Shown: positions 23,816-36,884 of the stretch, piece by piece
How the letters are laid out: each line of letters begins with the position of its first letter
How positions within the stretch are numbered: position 1 is the first letter of the stretch
Origin: Pristiophorus japonicus
Lineage: Eukaryota
NCBI RefSeq assembly: GCF_044704955.1
Contig: NC_091979.1
Span: forward strand, 110,174,001-110,238,000
Direction of reading: 5' to 3'
DNA: 64,000 nucleotides
The notes under the pieces: generated by a model
Seen by the model: only the letters and a program-made list of their open reading frames with translations
Told to the model about the DNA's origin: nothing
Databases searched by the model: none
Position numbers and translations under genes: made by a program

Positions 23816-26300
23816 ATCTATAGAAGCTTTTGCAGTCAGTTTTTATGTTCCCTGCAAGCTTACTCTCATACTCTACTTTCCCCCTCCGAATGAAACCCTT
23901 AGCCCTCCCTCTGCTGAATTCCAAGTTTCTCCCAGCACTCAGGTGTGCTGCTTTTTCTGGCCAATTTATATGCCTCTTCCTTTGATTTAACACTTTCCCT
24001 ATTTTCCCTTGTTAGCCACAGTTGAGCCACATTTCCCCTTTTTATTCTTACACCACACAGGGATGTACAATTGTTGTAGTTCATCCATGTGATATTTAAA
24101 TGTCTGCATTTGCCTATCCACCGTCAACCCTTTAAGTATCATTCTCCAGTCTATCCTAGCCAATTCACGTCTCATAGCGTCAAAGTTTCCTTTCCTTAAG
24201 TTCAGGACCCTCATCTTTGAATTAACTGTGTCCCTCTCCATCTTAATGAAGAATTCTACTGTATTATGGTCACTCTTCCCCAAGGGGCCCCGCATGACCA
24301 GATTGCTAATTAATCCTCTCTCGTTACACAAGACCCAGTCTAGGATGGCCTGATCTCTAGTTGGTTCCTTGACATATTGGTCTCGAAAACCATCCTTTAT
24401 ACACTCCAGGAAATTCTCTTCCACAGTACTGCTACCAATTTGGTTAGCCCAATCAATATGCAGATTAAAGTCACCCATGATAACTGCTGTACCCTTATTG
24501 CACGCATCCCTCATTTCCTGTTTGATGCCCTCCCCAACCTCCCTACTACTGTTTGGTGGTCTGTACACAACTCCCACCAACGTTTTCTGCCCATTGGTGT
24601 TTCGCAGCTCTACCCATATAGATTCCACATCATCCAAGCTAATGTCCTTCCTTACTATTGCGTTAATCTCCTCTTTAACCAGTAATGCTACCTCCTTTTC
24701 CTTCCTGTTTGTCCTTCCTGAATATTGAATACCCCTGAATGTTGAGTTTCCAGCCTTGGTTACCTTGGAGCCATGTCTCCGTCATCCCAATTACATCATA
24801 TCCATTTACAGCTATCTGTGCAATCAATTCATCCACCTTATTACGAATGCTCCTCGCATTGAGACTCAGAGCCTTCAGGCTTGTTTTTTTAACACGCTTT
24901 GTCCTTTTGGAATTATGTTGTAATGTGGCCCTTTTTGATTTTTGTCCTTGATTTCTCTGCCCTCCACTCTGGCTTTTTTCCTTCCTACCTTTTGCTTTGC
25001 CCCCTTTTTACTTCCCTCTGCCTCCCTGCATAGATTCCCATCCCCCTGCCTTTTTAGTTTAAACTCTCCCCAACAGCACTAGCAAACACTCGACCGTCCG
25101 GTTTGTACTGGTCCCACCTCTCCCAGAAACAATGTCCCGGGAATTTGAATCCCTCCCCCTTGCACCATTCCTCAAGCCACGTATTCATCTGAGCTATCCT
25201 GCAATTCCTACTCTGACTAGCACGTGGCATTGGTAGCAATCCTGAGATTACTATCTTTGAGGTCCTACTTTTTAATTTAACTCCTAGCTCCCTAAATTCA
25301 GCTTGTCGGACCTCATCCCGCTTTTTACCTATATCATTGGTACCTATATGTACCACGACAGCTGGCTGTTCACTCTCCCCCTCCAGAATGCGCTGCAGCC
25401 ACTCCAAGACATCCTTGACCCTTTTCCCAGGGAGGCAACATACCATCCTGGAGTCTCATTTGCGGCCGCAGAAATGCCTATCTTTACAATAGAATCCCTT
25501 ATCGTTACAGCTCTCCCACTCTTTTTCCTGCCCTCCTGTGCAACAGAGCCACCCCTGGTGCCATGGACTTGGCTGCTGCTGCCTTCCCCTGATGAGCCAT
25601 CTCCCCCAACAATACCTAAGGTGGTGTATCTGTTTTGGAGGGAGATGATCGCAGGGGACCCCTGCACTACCTTCCTTCCACTGCTCTGCCTGATAGTCAC
25701 CCATTCCCTATCTGGCTGTGTAAGCTTTACCTGCGGCGTGACCAACTCACTAACTGTGCTATTCACGACATCCTCAACATCGCGGATCCTCCAGAGTGAA
25801 TCCATGCACAGCTCTAATGCCGCAATGCAGTCTGTCAGGAGCTGCAGCTGGATACACTTCCTGCACATGTAGTTGTCAGGGACACTGGAAGCATCCCTGA
25901 CTTCCCATATAGCACAGGAGGTGCATGACATGGGTCTGGGCTCTCCTGCCATGGCTTAACCCTTAAATTAACTGAATTGATAACAATGCCAAAGGTTTCT
26001 TACTGATCAGAAAAGAAAAAGTAAACCATTAAATACTCACCAACCCACCAGCCAATCACTTACCCTCTTGACTGTGACGTCACACTTCGATTTATTTTTA
26101 CTTCTTTGTTTACTTTCTACCCCTGCACCAGCTGGCCTCTTCCGACTGCTGGGCCCCCTTTTATGGGCCTCGCTGCTTCCGACCTGCTCCGCTCCTCTGA
26201 CTTTCCGGCTCCCGCTCTTTTTAAACTGCTCCTCCGACTCTCCGGCTCCCGCTCTTTTTAAACTGCTCGCTCCTCCGACTCTGGCCTGGCTGGCTGAGCC
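23816..26300 (-). mobile_element. CR1 LINE, 5' half (ORF1 zinc finger plus SGNH esterase; ORF2 endonuclease)
   Basis: ORF1: MAGEPRPMSCTSCAIWEV..CRKC and VVVHIGTNDIG. ORF2: VVYRPPN, IMGDFN, LGKSDHN. 5' boundary approximate. Confidence 0.9.
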
Positions 26301-26579
26301 AGATTGTCTCAGGGTCCTCCCGCCTCTCTGTCGTTGTGCCGGGGCTGTGGGTGCAGGTCCCAGGGTCTGAGTCTGTCTCCCAATCTGTTGACATGACCTC
26401 AAGCTGCAGTGGAAGTTTTACCTGCGGTGTGACTGGTGTGATACGTGGTACATTTGAGTAATTTTACGTGCCAGATTATTTGAAGTGTGCAATCATCTTC
26501 TAGATTTGTTTTCAGACACTTCAGTAATCCTGGACTAATATTGGACGAGTAATTCAGAGGCCTGGATTAATAATCAGGA

Positions 26580-29032
26580 GAAGGTGTAAAGATAAACCCA
26601 GCAACAACAGGCCAGTCAGTTTAACCTCAGTAGTGGGGAAGCTTTTAGAAACAGTAATCAGGGACAAAGTTAACCGTCACTTGGATAGGAATGGATTAAT
26701 TAAGGAAAGTCAGCATGGATGTGTGTTTAACCAACTTGATCGAGTTTTTTGATGAGGTAACAGAGAGGGTTGATGAGGGTAATACGGTTGACATAGTGCA
26801 CATGAATTTCCAAAAGGTGTTCGACAAAGTGCCACATAATAGGCTTGACAGCAAAATTGAAGCCGACGGAATAAAAGGGACAGTGGCAGCCTGGATACGA
26901 AATTGGCTAAGTGACAGGAAACAGAGTCGTGGTGAACTGGAGGAAGGTATACAGTGTTAATCCCCAGGGGTCGGTACTAGGACCACTGCTTTTCTTGATA
27001 TATATTCATCAGAGGCAGTCCCTCGGGATCGAGGAAGACTTGCTTCCACTCCTGAAGTGAGCTCTTTGGTGGCTGAACAGTCCAATATGAGAGTCACAGA
27101 CTCCGTCACAGGTGGGACAGATAGTCGTTGAGGGAAGGGGTGGGTGGGACGGGTTTGCCACACGCTCTTTCCGCTGCCTGCGCTTGATTTCTGCATGCTC
27201 TCGGCATTGAAACTCGAGGTGGTCAGCGCCCTCTTGGATGCACTTCCTCCGCTTAGGGCGGTCTTGGGCCAGGGACTCCCAGGTGTCAGTGGGGATGTTG
27301 CACTTTATCAGGGAGGCTTTGAGGGTGTCCTTGTAGCGTTTCCGCTGCCCACCTTTGGCTCGTTTGCCGTGAAGGAGCTCCAAGTAGAGCACTTGCTTTG
27401 GGAGTCTCGTGTCTGGCATGCGGCCGACGTGGCCTGCCCAGCGTGTGGTCGAGCTGATGTTGCTGCGCCTGTCCTCCCAGGGGATTTGCAGGATCTTGCG
27501 GAGACATTGTTGGTGGTATTTCTCCAGCAACTTGAGGTGTCTACTGTACATGGTCCATGTCTCTGAGCCATACAGGAGGGCAGGTATTACTACAGCCCTG
27601 CAGACCATGAGCTTGGTGGCAGTTTTGAGGGCCTGGTCTTCAAACACTCTTTTCCTCAGGCGGTTGAAGACTGCACTGGTGCACTGGAGGCGGTGTTGGA
27701 TCTCGTCGTCGATGCCTGCTCTTATTGATAGGAGGCTCCATATATGGGAAGTGGTCCATAGTGTCCAGGGCCGCACCGTGGATCTTGATGACTGGGGGGC
27801 AGTGCTGTGCGGTGAGGACAGGCTGGTGGAGGACCTTTGTCTTGCGGATGTTTAGCGTAAGGCCCATGCTTTCGTATGCCTCAATAAATATGTCGACTGT
27901 GTCCTGGAGTTCAGCCTCCGTATGTGCGCAGACGCAGGCGTCATCCACGTACTGTAGCTCGACGACAGAGGTTGGGGTGGTCTTGGATCTAACCTGGAGA
28001 TGGCGAAGGTTGAACAGATTCCCACTGGTTCTGTAGTTTAGTTCCACTCCAGCGGGGAGCTTGTTGACTGTGAGGTGGAGCATGGCACGAGAAAGATTGA
28101 GAAGAGGGTTGGGGCGATAACGCAGCCGTGTTTGATCCCGGTCCGGACGTGATATATATTAATGATATATATTAATGACTTGGATATGGCTGTATGGGGC
28201 ACAATTTCAAAATTTGCAGATGACAGAAAACTTGGAAGTATAGTGAACAGTCAGGAGGGGAGTGATAGAAATCGGGAAGACATAGATAGGTAGGTGAAAT
28301 GGGCAGATACATGGCGGATGAAATTTAATACAGAAAAGTGTGAAGTGATGCATGTTGGTCGAAAGAATGATATAAACTAAATGGTACAATCCTAAAGGGG
28401 GTGCACGAACAAAGAGACCTTGTGTGCATAAATCATTGATGGTGGCAGGGCAGGTTTAGAAAGCAGTTAAAAAGGCTTACGGGGTCCTGGGCTTCATAAA
28501 TAGAGGTAGAGAGTACAAAAGTGTGGAAATTATGACGAACCTATATAAAACACTGGTTCAGCCCCAACTGGAGTAGCGTGTCCAATTCTGGACACCACTC
28601 TTTAGGAAGGATGTGAAGGCCTTAAACAGTGCAGAAAAGATTTACGAGAAAGATTCCATGAATGAAGGACTTCAGTTATGTTGATAGACTGGAGAAGCTG
28701 GGGTTGTTCTCCTTGAAGCAGAGAAGATTGAGAGGAGATTTGATGGAGGGGTTCAAAATTATGGGGAGTCTCGACAGAGTAGATACAGAGAAACTGTTCC
28801 CATTGACAGAAGGGTCAAGAACCAGAGGACATAGATTTAAGGTGATTGGCAGAAGAACCAAAGGCAATGCAAGAAAAATCTTTTTTATGTAGTGAGTGGC
28901 TAAGATCTGGAATACGCTGCCTTGGGTGGTGGAGGCAGACTCAATTTTATCTTTCAAAAGCGAGTTGGATAAGTATCTGAATGAAAAAAAAATTGCAGGG
29001 TTACGGGGAATGTGCAGGGGAGTGGGACTAGC
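26580..29032 (+). mobile_element. CR1 LINE fragment split by an RTE insertion
   Basis: CLTNLIEFFDEVT...FQKVFDKVPH before 27006. KFADD and RRLRGDLMEGFKIM after 28150. Confidence 0.85.
27007..28149 (-). mobile_element. RTE-clade LINE 3' portion
   Basis: ELQYVDDAC, LLYGSETWT, RWAGHVGRMPDTRLPKQ, C-terminal CPTC. Flanked by TGATATATATT at 26996-27006 and 28150-28160 (TSD). Confidence 0.9.
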
Positions 29033-29037
29033 TGAGA

Positions 29038-29795
29038 GTCAGCAAGGGCAGACATTGACGACGAGATTTAACACTGCCTCCAGTGCGCCAGTGCAGCCTT
29101 CGGCCACCTGAGGAAAAGAGTGTTTGAAAACCAGGCCCTCAAATCTGCCACCAAGCTCATGGTCTACAGGGCTGTAGAAATACCCGCCCTCCTGTATGGC
29201 TCAGAAACATGGACCATGTACAGTAGACACCTCAAGTTGCTGGAGAAATACCACCAATGTTGTCTCCGCAAGATCCTACAAATCCCCTGGGAGGACAGAC
29301 ACATCAACATCAGCGTCCTCGACCAGACCAACATCTCCAGCATTGAAGCACTGACCACACTTGATCAGCTCCGCTGGGCAGGCCACATCGTTCGCATGCC
29401 AGACACGAGACTCCCAAAGCAAGCGCTCTACTTGGAACTTCTTCACGGCAAACAAGCCAAAGGTGGGCAGAGGAAACGTTACAAGGACACCCTCAAAGCC
29501 TCCCTGATAAAGTGCAACATCCCCACTGACACCTGGGAGTCCTTGGCCAAAGACCGCCCTAAATGGAGGCAGTGCATCCGGGAGGGCGCTGAGAACCTCG
29601 AGTCTCATCGCCGAGAGCATGCAGAAATCAAGTGCATGCAGCGGAAAGAGTGTGTGGCAAACCAGTCCCAGCCACCCTTACCCTCAATGTGACAGAGACT
29701 GTGATTCTCGTATTAAACTGTTCAGCCACCTGAGGACTCATTTTAAGAATGGAAGCAAGTCTTCCTCGATTCCGAGGGACTGCCTATGATGATGA
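29038..29795 (+). mobile_element. RTE-clade LINE 3' portion
   Basis: ORF 29120-29692 contains LLYGSETWT...QLRWAGHIVRM. Tail gactgcctatgatgatga. Confidence 0.9.
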
Positions 29796-31057
29796 ATACC
29801 ATATTGAATGCAGATGGACCTCCTTCTTATCATTCTTCTGCAACACCTTGTCTCTTTAAGCTCCTCAAGGATGAGCAGAATACCATTCATAAAAAATTAG
29901 GGTGCTAAATTAGTTTTAAGCTCCTTGAAATGCTGTGATTTAATATAGAACACCAAACCAAAAAAAAAAACATTTAAAATATTTTTTGAAGTCTTACTGA
30001 GACACTTGTATACCATCAGAAAGACCAGTCAGGGATCCAAACACAGTCCAGGAGTTAAAAAAATGAGTTATATGATCCCCGCGCAGAGCAACCGTAAGGC
30101 CGACTCTCAGGACTTTCTGACACCCCTTGCTATCTCGTATCACCTACACACAAGCACCACCAGAAAAACCAATCATAGCATAAGCCCTTAAAACAAGTTT
30201 ATTTGTCAAAAAAAATTTAATCCAAATTTGATTAACCTTTATTACTTTCTAGGCCTTTCTCTCTTTAAATAAATAAACCAACCAACCAGCTAGGGAGTTG
30301 ATTCACTATCCAAAGCAGTTCCCATCTCTCTCCAGTTTGTCTTTGGGGCTGATGGAGTGGAAGATATACTTATGGGGCTTTCTGAAGCTGTCACTGTTCT
30401 GTGTACTGCCGAGGATAGACAGGTCAGGCAGCAGATGGGCTGGAACACAGCTGCAAAATGATCAGTTTGACATTTTAAGTTGTAGCTCTGGCAGGTGTTT
30501 CACCATGAAAAAATTAATTGAACTACAATAATAAAGAAAGCCAAATGATTTCCCATGGCCTTGCAAATGGATAGTCAAGGCCAATATGAATTTTTCAGGT
30601 CAAGCCGGCTTAGATGATGAGGAATAAAGGAACCAATGCCGGGAAGGGGGAGAAGCATGCAAATAGGAGTGGGGGCGAGGGGGCTGTTGAAGAGGGAATG
30701 CTTATGGGGATGGAGAAGACCGTTGGAGAAGAGGCAGAGGATTGCAGAAGTGATGGGGACATAACAGGGTGAAGTAGAAATAGGGACTGGAAAAGGAGAG
30801 GGGCAGAGTGCTGAGGAAGAAGAATTCAGCTCAGTGGAATAGCTGGATTGAGACACAGGGCAGTCAGCCAATGAGGATAAATACAGTCAGTGGTGAGGAG
30901 GGGGGGTGGGGAATGGGGTGACTGCATTATATAGACTGAAAATGCAATTGAGGGGAGGGGGTTTGTGCAAAAGCGCAGCATATGCCGGGGAGCCACAGCC
31001 AGTGGGGGGGGGGGTTGGTGAAAATGGATTGGCAGCCAGTGGGTGGGTTAGAATAGG

Positions 31058-32690
31058 AAACATAGAAACATAGAAAATAGGTGCAGGAGTAGGCCATTCG
31101 GCCCCTCGAGCCGGCACTGCCATTCAATAAGATCATGGCTGATCATTCCCTCAATACCCCTTTCCTGCTTTCTCTCCATACCCCTTGATCCCCTTAGCCG
31201 TAAGGGCCATATCTAACTCCCTCTTGAATATATCCAATGAACTGGCATCAACAACTCTCTGCGGCAGGGAATTCCACAGGTTAACAACTCTCAGTGAAGA
31301 AATTTCTCCTCATCTCAGTCCTAAATGGCCTACCCCTTATCCTAAGACAATGTCCCCTGGTTCTGGACTTCCCCAACGTTGGGAACCTTCTTCCCGCATC
31401 TAACCTGTCCAGTCCCGTCAGAATCTTATACGTTTCTCTGAGATCCCCTCTCATCCTTCTAAACTCCAGTGAATAGAGGCCCAGTTGATACAGTCTCTCC
31501 GCATATGACAGTCCAGCCATCCCTGGAATCAGTCTGCACTCCCTCAATAGCAAGAACATCCTTCCTCAGATTAGGAGACCAAAACTGAACACAATATTCC
31601 AGGTGAGGCCTCACTAAGGCCCTGTACAACTGCAGCGAGACCTCCCTGCTCCTATACTCAAATCCCCTAGTTATGAAGGCCAACATACCATTTGCCTTCT
31701 TCAGCGCCTGCTGTACCTGCATGCCCACTTTCAGTGACTGATGAACCATGTGACACCCAGGTCTCATTGCACCTCCCCTTTTCCTAATCTGCCGCCATTC
31801 AGATAATGTTCTGCCTTCGTGTTTTTGCCCCCAAAATGGATAACCTCACATTTATCCACATTATACCGCATCTGCCATGCATTTGCCCACTCACCTAACC
31901 TATCCAAGTCACTGCAGCCTCTTAGTATCCTTCTCACAGTTAAGAGCTGGGGTCCCAGCACTGAGCCCTGCGGCACTCCACTAGTCACTGCCTGCCATTC
32001 TGAAAAGGACCCGTTTATCCCGACTCTCTGCTTCCTGTCTGCCAACAAGTTCTCTATCCAAGTCAGTATATTACCCCCAATACCATGCGCTTTGATTTTG
32101 CACACCAATCTCTTGTGCGGGACCTTGTCAAAAGTCTTTTGAAAGTCCAAATACACCACATCCACTGGTTCTCCCTTGTCCACTCTACTAGTTACATCCT
32201 CAAAAAATTCCAGAAGATTCATCAAGCATGATTTCCCTTTCATAAATCCATGCTGAGTTGGTCCGATCCTGTCCTTCTTTCCAAATGCGCTGCTATTTCA
32301 TCCTTAATGATTGATTCCAACATTTTCCCCACTACTGATGTCAGGCTAACCAGTCTATAATTACTCGTTTTCTCTCTCCCTCCTTTTTTAAAAAGTGGTG
32401 TTTCATTAGCTACCCTCCAGTCCATAGGGACTGATCCAGAGTCGACAGACTGTTGGAAAATGATCACCAATGCATCCACTATTTCTAGGGCCACTTCCTT
32501 AAGTACTCTGGGATGCAGACCATCAGGCCCCGGGGATTTATCGGTCTTCAATCCCATCAACTTCCCCAATACAATTTCCTGCCTAATAAGGATATCCTTC
32601 AGTTCCTCCTTCTCACTGTCCCCTAGTACATTCGGAAGGTTATTTGTGTCTTCCTTCGTGAAGACAGAACCGAAGTATTTGTTCAATTGG
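31058..32690 (-). mobile_element. CR1 LINE 3' portion
   Basis: (CATAGAAA)n tail at 31058-31077. RT motifs in ORFs 31764-32686. Confidence 0.9.
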
Positions 32691-32840
32691 TTCAGTTGGA
32701 AATACAGCCATTACTCTGCAGGAATCGAAGGGATCAAAATCTTGATCATTGGGAATGATATTGACAAAATCTTGCTCAATGGTGAGGAGAGGATCTATTT
32801 AGTTCTACATAAGAATATAAGAATTAGGAACAGGAATAGG

Positions 32841-33363
32841 AAGGATATACTAGCTTTGGAGGGGGTACAGAGACAATTCACTAGGCTGATTCCGGAGATG
32901 AGGGGGTTACCTTATGATGATAGATTGAGTAGACTGGGTCTTTACTTGTTGGAGTTCAGAAGGATGAGGGGTGATCTTATAGAAACATTTAAAATAATGA
33001 AAGGGATAGACAAGATAGAGGCAGAGAGGTTGTTTCCACTGGTCGGGGAGACTAGAACTAGGGGGCACAGCCTCAAAATCCGGGGGAGCCAATTTAAACC
33101 GAGTTGAGAAGGAATTTCTTCTCCCAGAGGGTTGTGAATCTGTGGAATTCTCTGCCCAAGGAAGCAGTTGAGGCTAGCTCATTGAATGTATTCAATTCAC
33201 AGATAGATAGATGTTTAACCAATAAGGGAATTAAGAGTTATGGGGAGCGGGCGGGTAAGTGGAGCTGAGTCCACGGCCAGATCAGCCATGATCTTTTTGA
33301 ATGGCGGAGCAGGCTCGAGGGGCTTGATGGCCTATTCCTGTTCCTAATTCTTATGTTCTTATG
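32841..33363 (+). mobile_element. CR1 LINE 3' end (same subfamily as 16198-16896)
   Basis: RKDILALEGVQRQFTRLIPEMRG. Near-identical to 16375-16896. Confidence 0.88.
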
Positions 33364-33511
33364 TTCAAACTAAATTTTCTTCCCGAGATAGAAGTGCATA
33401 AGTAATTTGTAGTTAAAAAATTTAGCTTATAAGTTCAGTCTTTGAACAATGTTGCGTACACAGAAATAAGGTTAACTTAGATTTTATGTTTCCAGTCAGT
33501 CTTACTCTCAC

Positions 33512-33616
33512 CTGGTCTTTGCTAAAAGTTACCATTCCTTGATATGCAGCATCTGCAGTGGCAAAGATGTGTGGTGGGTTTGAGCAACGCTTGACTCCAT
33601 GATAAAGCTTAGAAAA
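33512..33616 (-). CDS. MYO3B: MYO3B coding exon ([35 protein letters not shown])
   Basis: Acceptor tttaatacag|TTT and donor CAG|gtgaga. 105 bp. Contains the PPHIFA motif. YHGVKR is MYO3B-like. Confidence 0.96.
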
Positions 33617-33899
33617 CTGTATTAAAATATTGAGCAATATTAGTCATACATACATCTGAAAAATTATTGCACAATGATTAATGCCGTTCATATGACTTAT
33701 ACATTCCATACTGCCTCTATGACGCATACATTACCCCATTTGTATTATTTGCTTTTCATAAACAGTGACTGTAGCTTAACTTATTTCATTGTTTGTGAGT
33801 GCTTTGGGATATTTCTATGAGATGTGATAAAGTGCTAAACAAATCTAACTTCTTTATATTTTAGATGCACACATTTTTATATCCTGTGCTAATATTTCT

Positions 33900-34190
33900 A
33901 TCTTCTTCTGAAGCCATTGACTACTTGCTAATGTACAGCACCAAGGGTACCAGCACATTCCCCATGTGCCATTACTCACATACCAGCTCAACTGTGACTG
34001 TCAGCATATTACTTGACAGTAGAGTCACCACAGCCAAGCTCAATCTTATCAGCATCTGCTGTTCACAAATATTCACTTCAAGTATGGACAGTGATTAGGA
34101 ACAGAAATCCTGACTAATTACCCCTATCTATAAACCAAACAACTGTAACACCCCTACCACCATCTCTGCTAAGATCAGCTTGCTAATTAG
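33900..34190 (-). mobile_element. LF-SINE-like ancient SINE remnant
   Basis: Reverse complement resembles the LF-SINE core as I recall it (GCTGATCTCAGC...GTAGGGG..CTACA..TG, GGCTGTG.TG) and resembles 55235-55560. Confidence 0.5.
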
Positions 34191-34195
34191 AGATT

Positions 34196-35530
34196 GGGGC
34201 CACAATTTCACCGACCGAGGCGGGCTAAGTGCAGCCAAGATAGATGGCGGACTGCGACCCTGCTCCTGGCTCCATCATGCTCTGTTGAAGTGATTTTGCC
34301 CTAATTGAGCTTGTTAAGCTCGCCCTGTGAGGTTCCCGGCCAAGTAAAAGGAAGCGGGTCTGATGACGTCATTTGATGACACGTCATCAGCCGGTTTCCT
34401 TAAAGGGACCATGCCCACATTCATTTTGACAGTTGTGCTGTCAGTGTTCTCCAGCACTGAGGTGCTGCAAACACTGACAAGCACTGCACAAAGGTGCGCG
34501 GCTGCAACCAGGCTCTTCCATGACTTCCTGCATATGCTTATGGAGGGACTCAAAGAATGCAGGGAGGTTCTCTTCCCTTCCAATGGGCGAAAGAGACCTC
34601 CCCAGGACACCAACACAGCCTGGTTGCACATTGTACAGGAGGGCACAAGCAAAGATTTCGTCAGGAGGACCTGGCTGCAGTGGCACAAACCTTTCAATGA
34701 TCTCAGTAGATCACGAAGCGTTACTGCAAAGCCACACTCAACCTCATCCTGCTGTTCCACTCATCACATCCCCATCACTCTGCCTTCCCTACCCTACTTC
34801 TGCTCATCCTTATTCACACCAGCTTACCTTGCACCTCCACCCATCCCTCTCTCCCTATCTACATTATCATATCTCCATCTCACTAGCCACCCCTTACACT
34901 CATCCTTGCCAAATCATACCAACTAACAACACACATGGGTAGGCACTTGGGTCTTTTAGCCAATGTTCATGTAGAGTTTCTACTGATGTGTTGTCAAACA
35001 TTGAAATCTTTGTTTTGAACAGTTTGGACAGATTTGTTTGCAGCTTTGGAAGTGACTTACTGAGTTGTAGTGAATGGTGAGACACAAGGGCACCCCCCGC
35101 AATGATGATGAGTGTGAATGAAATGGCTTGGGCATTGCATGGATGCTTTATGGTGCCAACCTGGCGCATCATGTAGCAGCCAGGGTGTACAGTGTCAAAT
35201 CTGGCCATGGCGAGGCCATCCCTGGCAGCAATGTGGTCAGGTGCTGATGCCCTGTGTCCTGTGCAGCATCAGGTAATTGCGGAGATGGTTGGTGTTGGTG
35301 CTGCTGGTGTGCCTGGTGCTGCTGGTGTGCCTGGTGATGTTGGTGTTGGGGCTGACCGTAGTGTGATTCTGAGGACCAAGTTAAGAGTTTTTCAAGGGCA
35401 CTGATGCTGCTGTAATAGATGGCAGCTGAAGTTGAGATGAAGATGAAGACTATTCCAAAATTGCCACAGACGTGAAGAGGGAGGGAAATTTCACGAAAAG
35501 CAGGGTGGTAGAAAAATCTAATTCGGCCCC
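34196..35530 (+). mobile_element. Harbinger-derived element with Myb/SANT-like gene remnant
   Basis: Ends GGGGCCACAATT / AATTCGGCCCC. ORF 34363-34926 has RKRPPQDTNTAWLHIVQEGTSKDFVRRTWLQWHKPFNDL, the W..IA....S....RTW.QCRK.FNDL signature of the Harbinger accessory Myb-like protein. Confidence 0.7.
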
Positions 35531-35568
35531 CATGGTTCTCAGCCAACATATTAGAAATGTTGTCTTAC

Positions 35569-35685
35569 CTCTGGAGAGTAAATAGGCAGGTCCTGGAAGG
35601 GGTTTAAAGCAATTAAGATGTCCCCAACATAGGTGTATATCTGTAACTCTGAATATCTTTTCTGTAGACAGAATATGATGGTTTC
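35569..35685 (-). CDS. MYO3B: MYO3B coding exon ([39 protein letters not shown])
   Basis: Acceptor ctctctcag|GAA and donor GAG|gtaag. 117 bp. Contains the [15 protein letters not shown] myosin motif. Confidence 0.96.
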
Positions 35686-36884
35686 CTGAGAGAGAAAAAT
35701 ATTATAAAATATGAAGTTTTGTAATATGCTTCTTATAAAGATACTTACTTCTCATCAGTTATGATGAATGGAAAAAAACTGAATATCCCACAGCAAGTCA
35801 TATAAAGTTCCAATGGAGTGAGGATGGATAAAAATATGATCTAATTAATGTTTTATTTATTACGGGTTCAAGAGGAAGAGGTAAAAATAGAAAAATAACT
35901 AACTGTTTGATTTTGAATTTTTATCGAACTGTCTTCCTCGATACCATGCCCATGAATGGACCTTGTTCTCCTCACTCCTGAAAGTATTCTTATTCTGTAA
36001 TCTGCCACTGAAGGTACATACCCTGATGTATCCTACATGTACGACCTGGATTTTCCCATTTCCCTCCTGCCGGAATGGGGGGAGTGGGGTCAGGAAGCCC
36101 GGTAGACCATGGCAAACCCGGAAGCCTGGGTTTCTCAGCATACTGTAGAGTTTTAACTCCACAGTGTGCGTGGGACATAATGGGTATGTTCCCCACCCGG
36201 AAGCTAGCCTGATTGACAGACAGGTTTCCAGTCGAGCGGGGAATGCTGACTGTCCAAGACCCTGGGTCTGGGGGGTGGGGGGGGAGGAATGGCGGGGGAA
36301 GGTGGCAGTAGGGGTGGTTCCAAGCTCGGAAGGGTCCTATTCCAGGTCCCTGGCTGAGTTGCGATCCCCGGGGGGTGGTCTAATCCCCGAACCTGGGGAG
36401 AGTTCCAATCCCCAACCCTGGGGAGGGGCAGGCTGCTGGTGGATGAGCTTAGGGGACCGGGAGGAAGCTCTCCTGCAAGTTTTGACCTGACAGTCGACAA
36501 AGATTCTGTGGGTATAAATAAGGTTGGGCAGCTATTGTTCAATGCTAGGAGGACTGAGAATGAAGGTCTGCAAAGCTGGTAGGCAGTTATCACAATCATT
36601 GCTGCTCCTCTACACTATGTGCATCATAGGACCCCGATTAGCATTAATCAGTCTAATGCCTGACTCAGTGGGCCTCCCAGTGGTAGGCCCAGGGATAGCA
36701 ATGGCAGCAACGGGGCAGTCGATCATTGCCCACCATTTTCAAGGCTCTTACTCCCCATTTCCACTGGGTGAGTGCCTGAAAATTCAGTCCAATGTGTCCA
36801 CAATGAAGTTCTATGTGCTCATTTTCCATTGGTGGAATAATCATAATTTTTCTTTTAAAATCTGTGACTGAAAAAGGACATTTT

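Noticed and set aside
34363-34926. Domesticated MSANTD/NAIF1-like host gene
   Set aside because: The motif is degenerate (QWHKPFNDL) and lies within TIR-bounded Harbinger-like sequence, so it is treated as a fossil.
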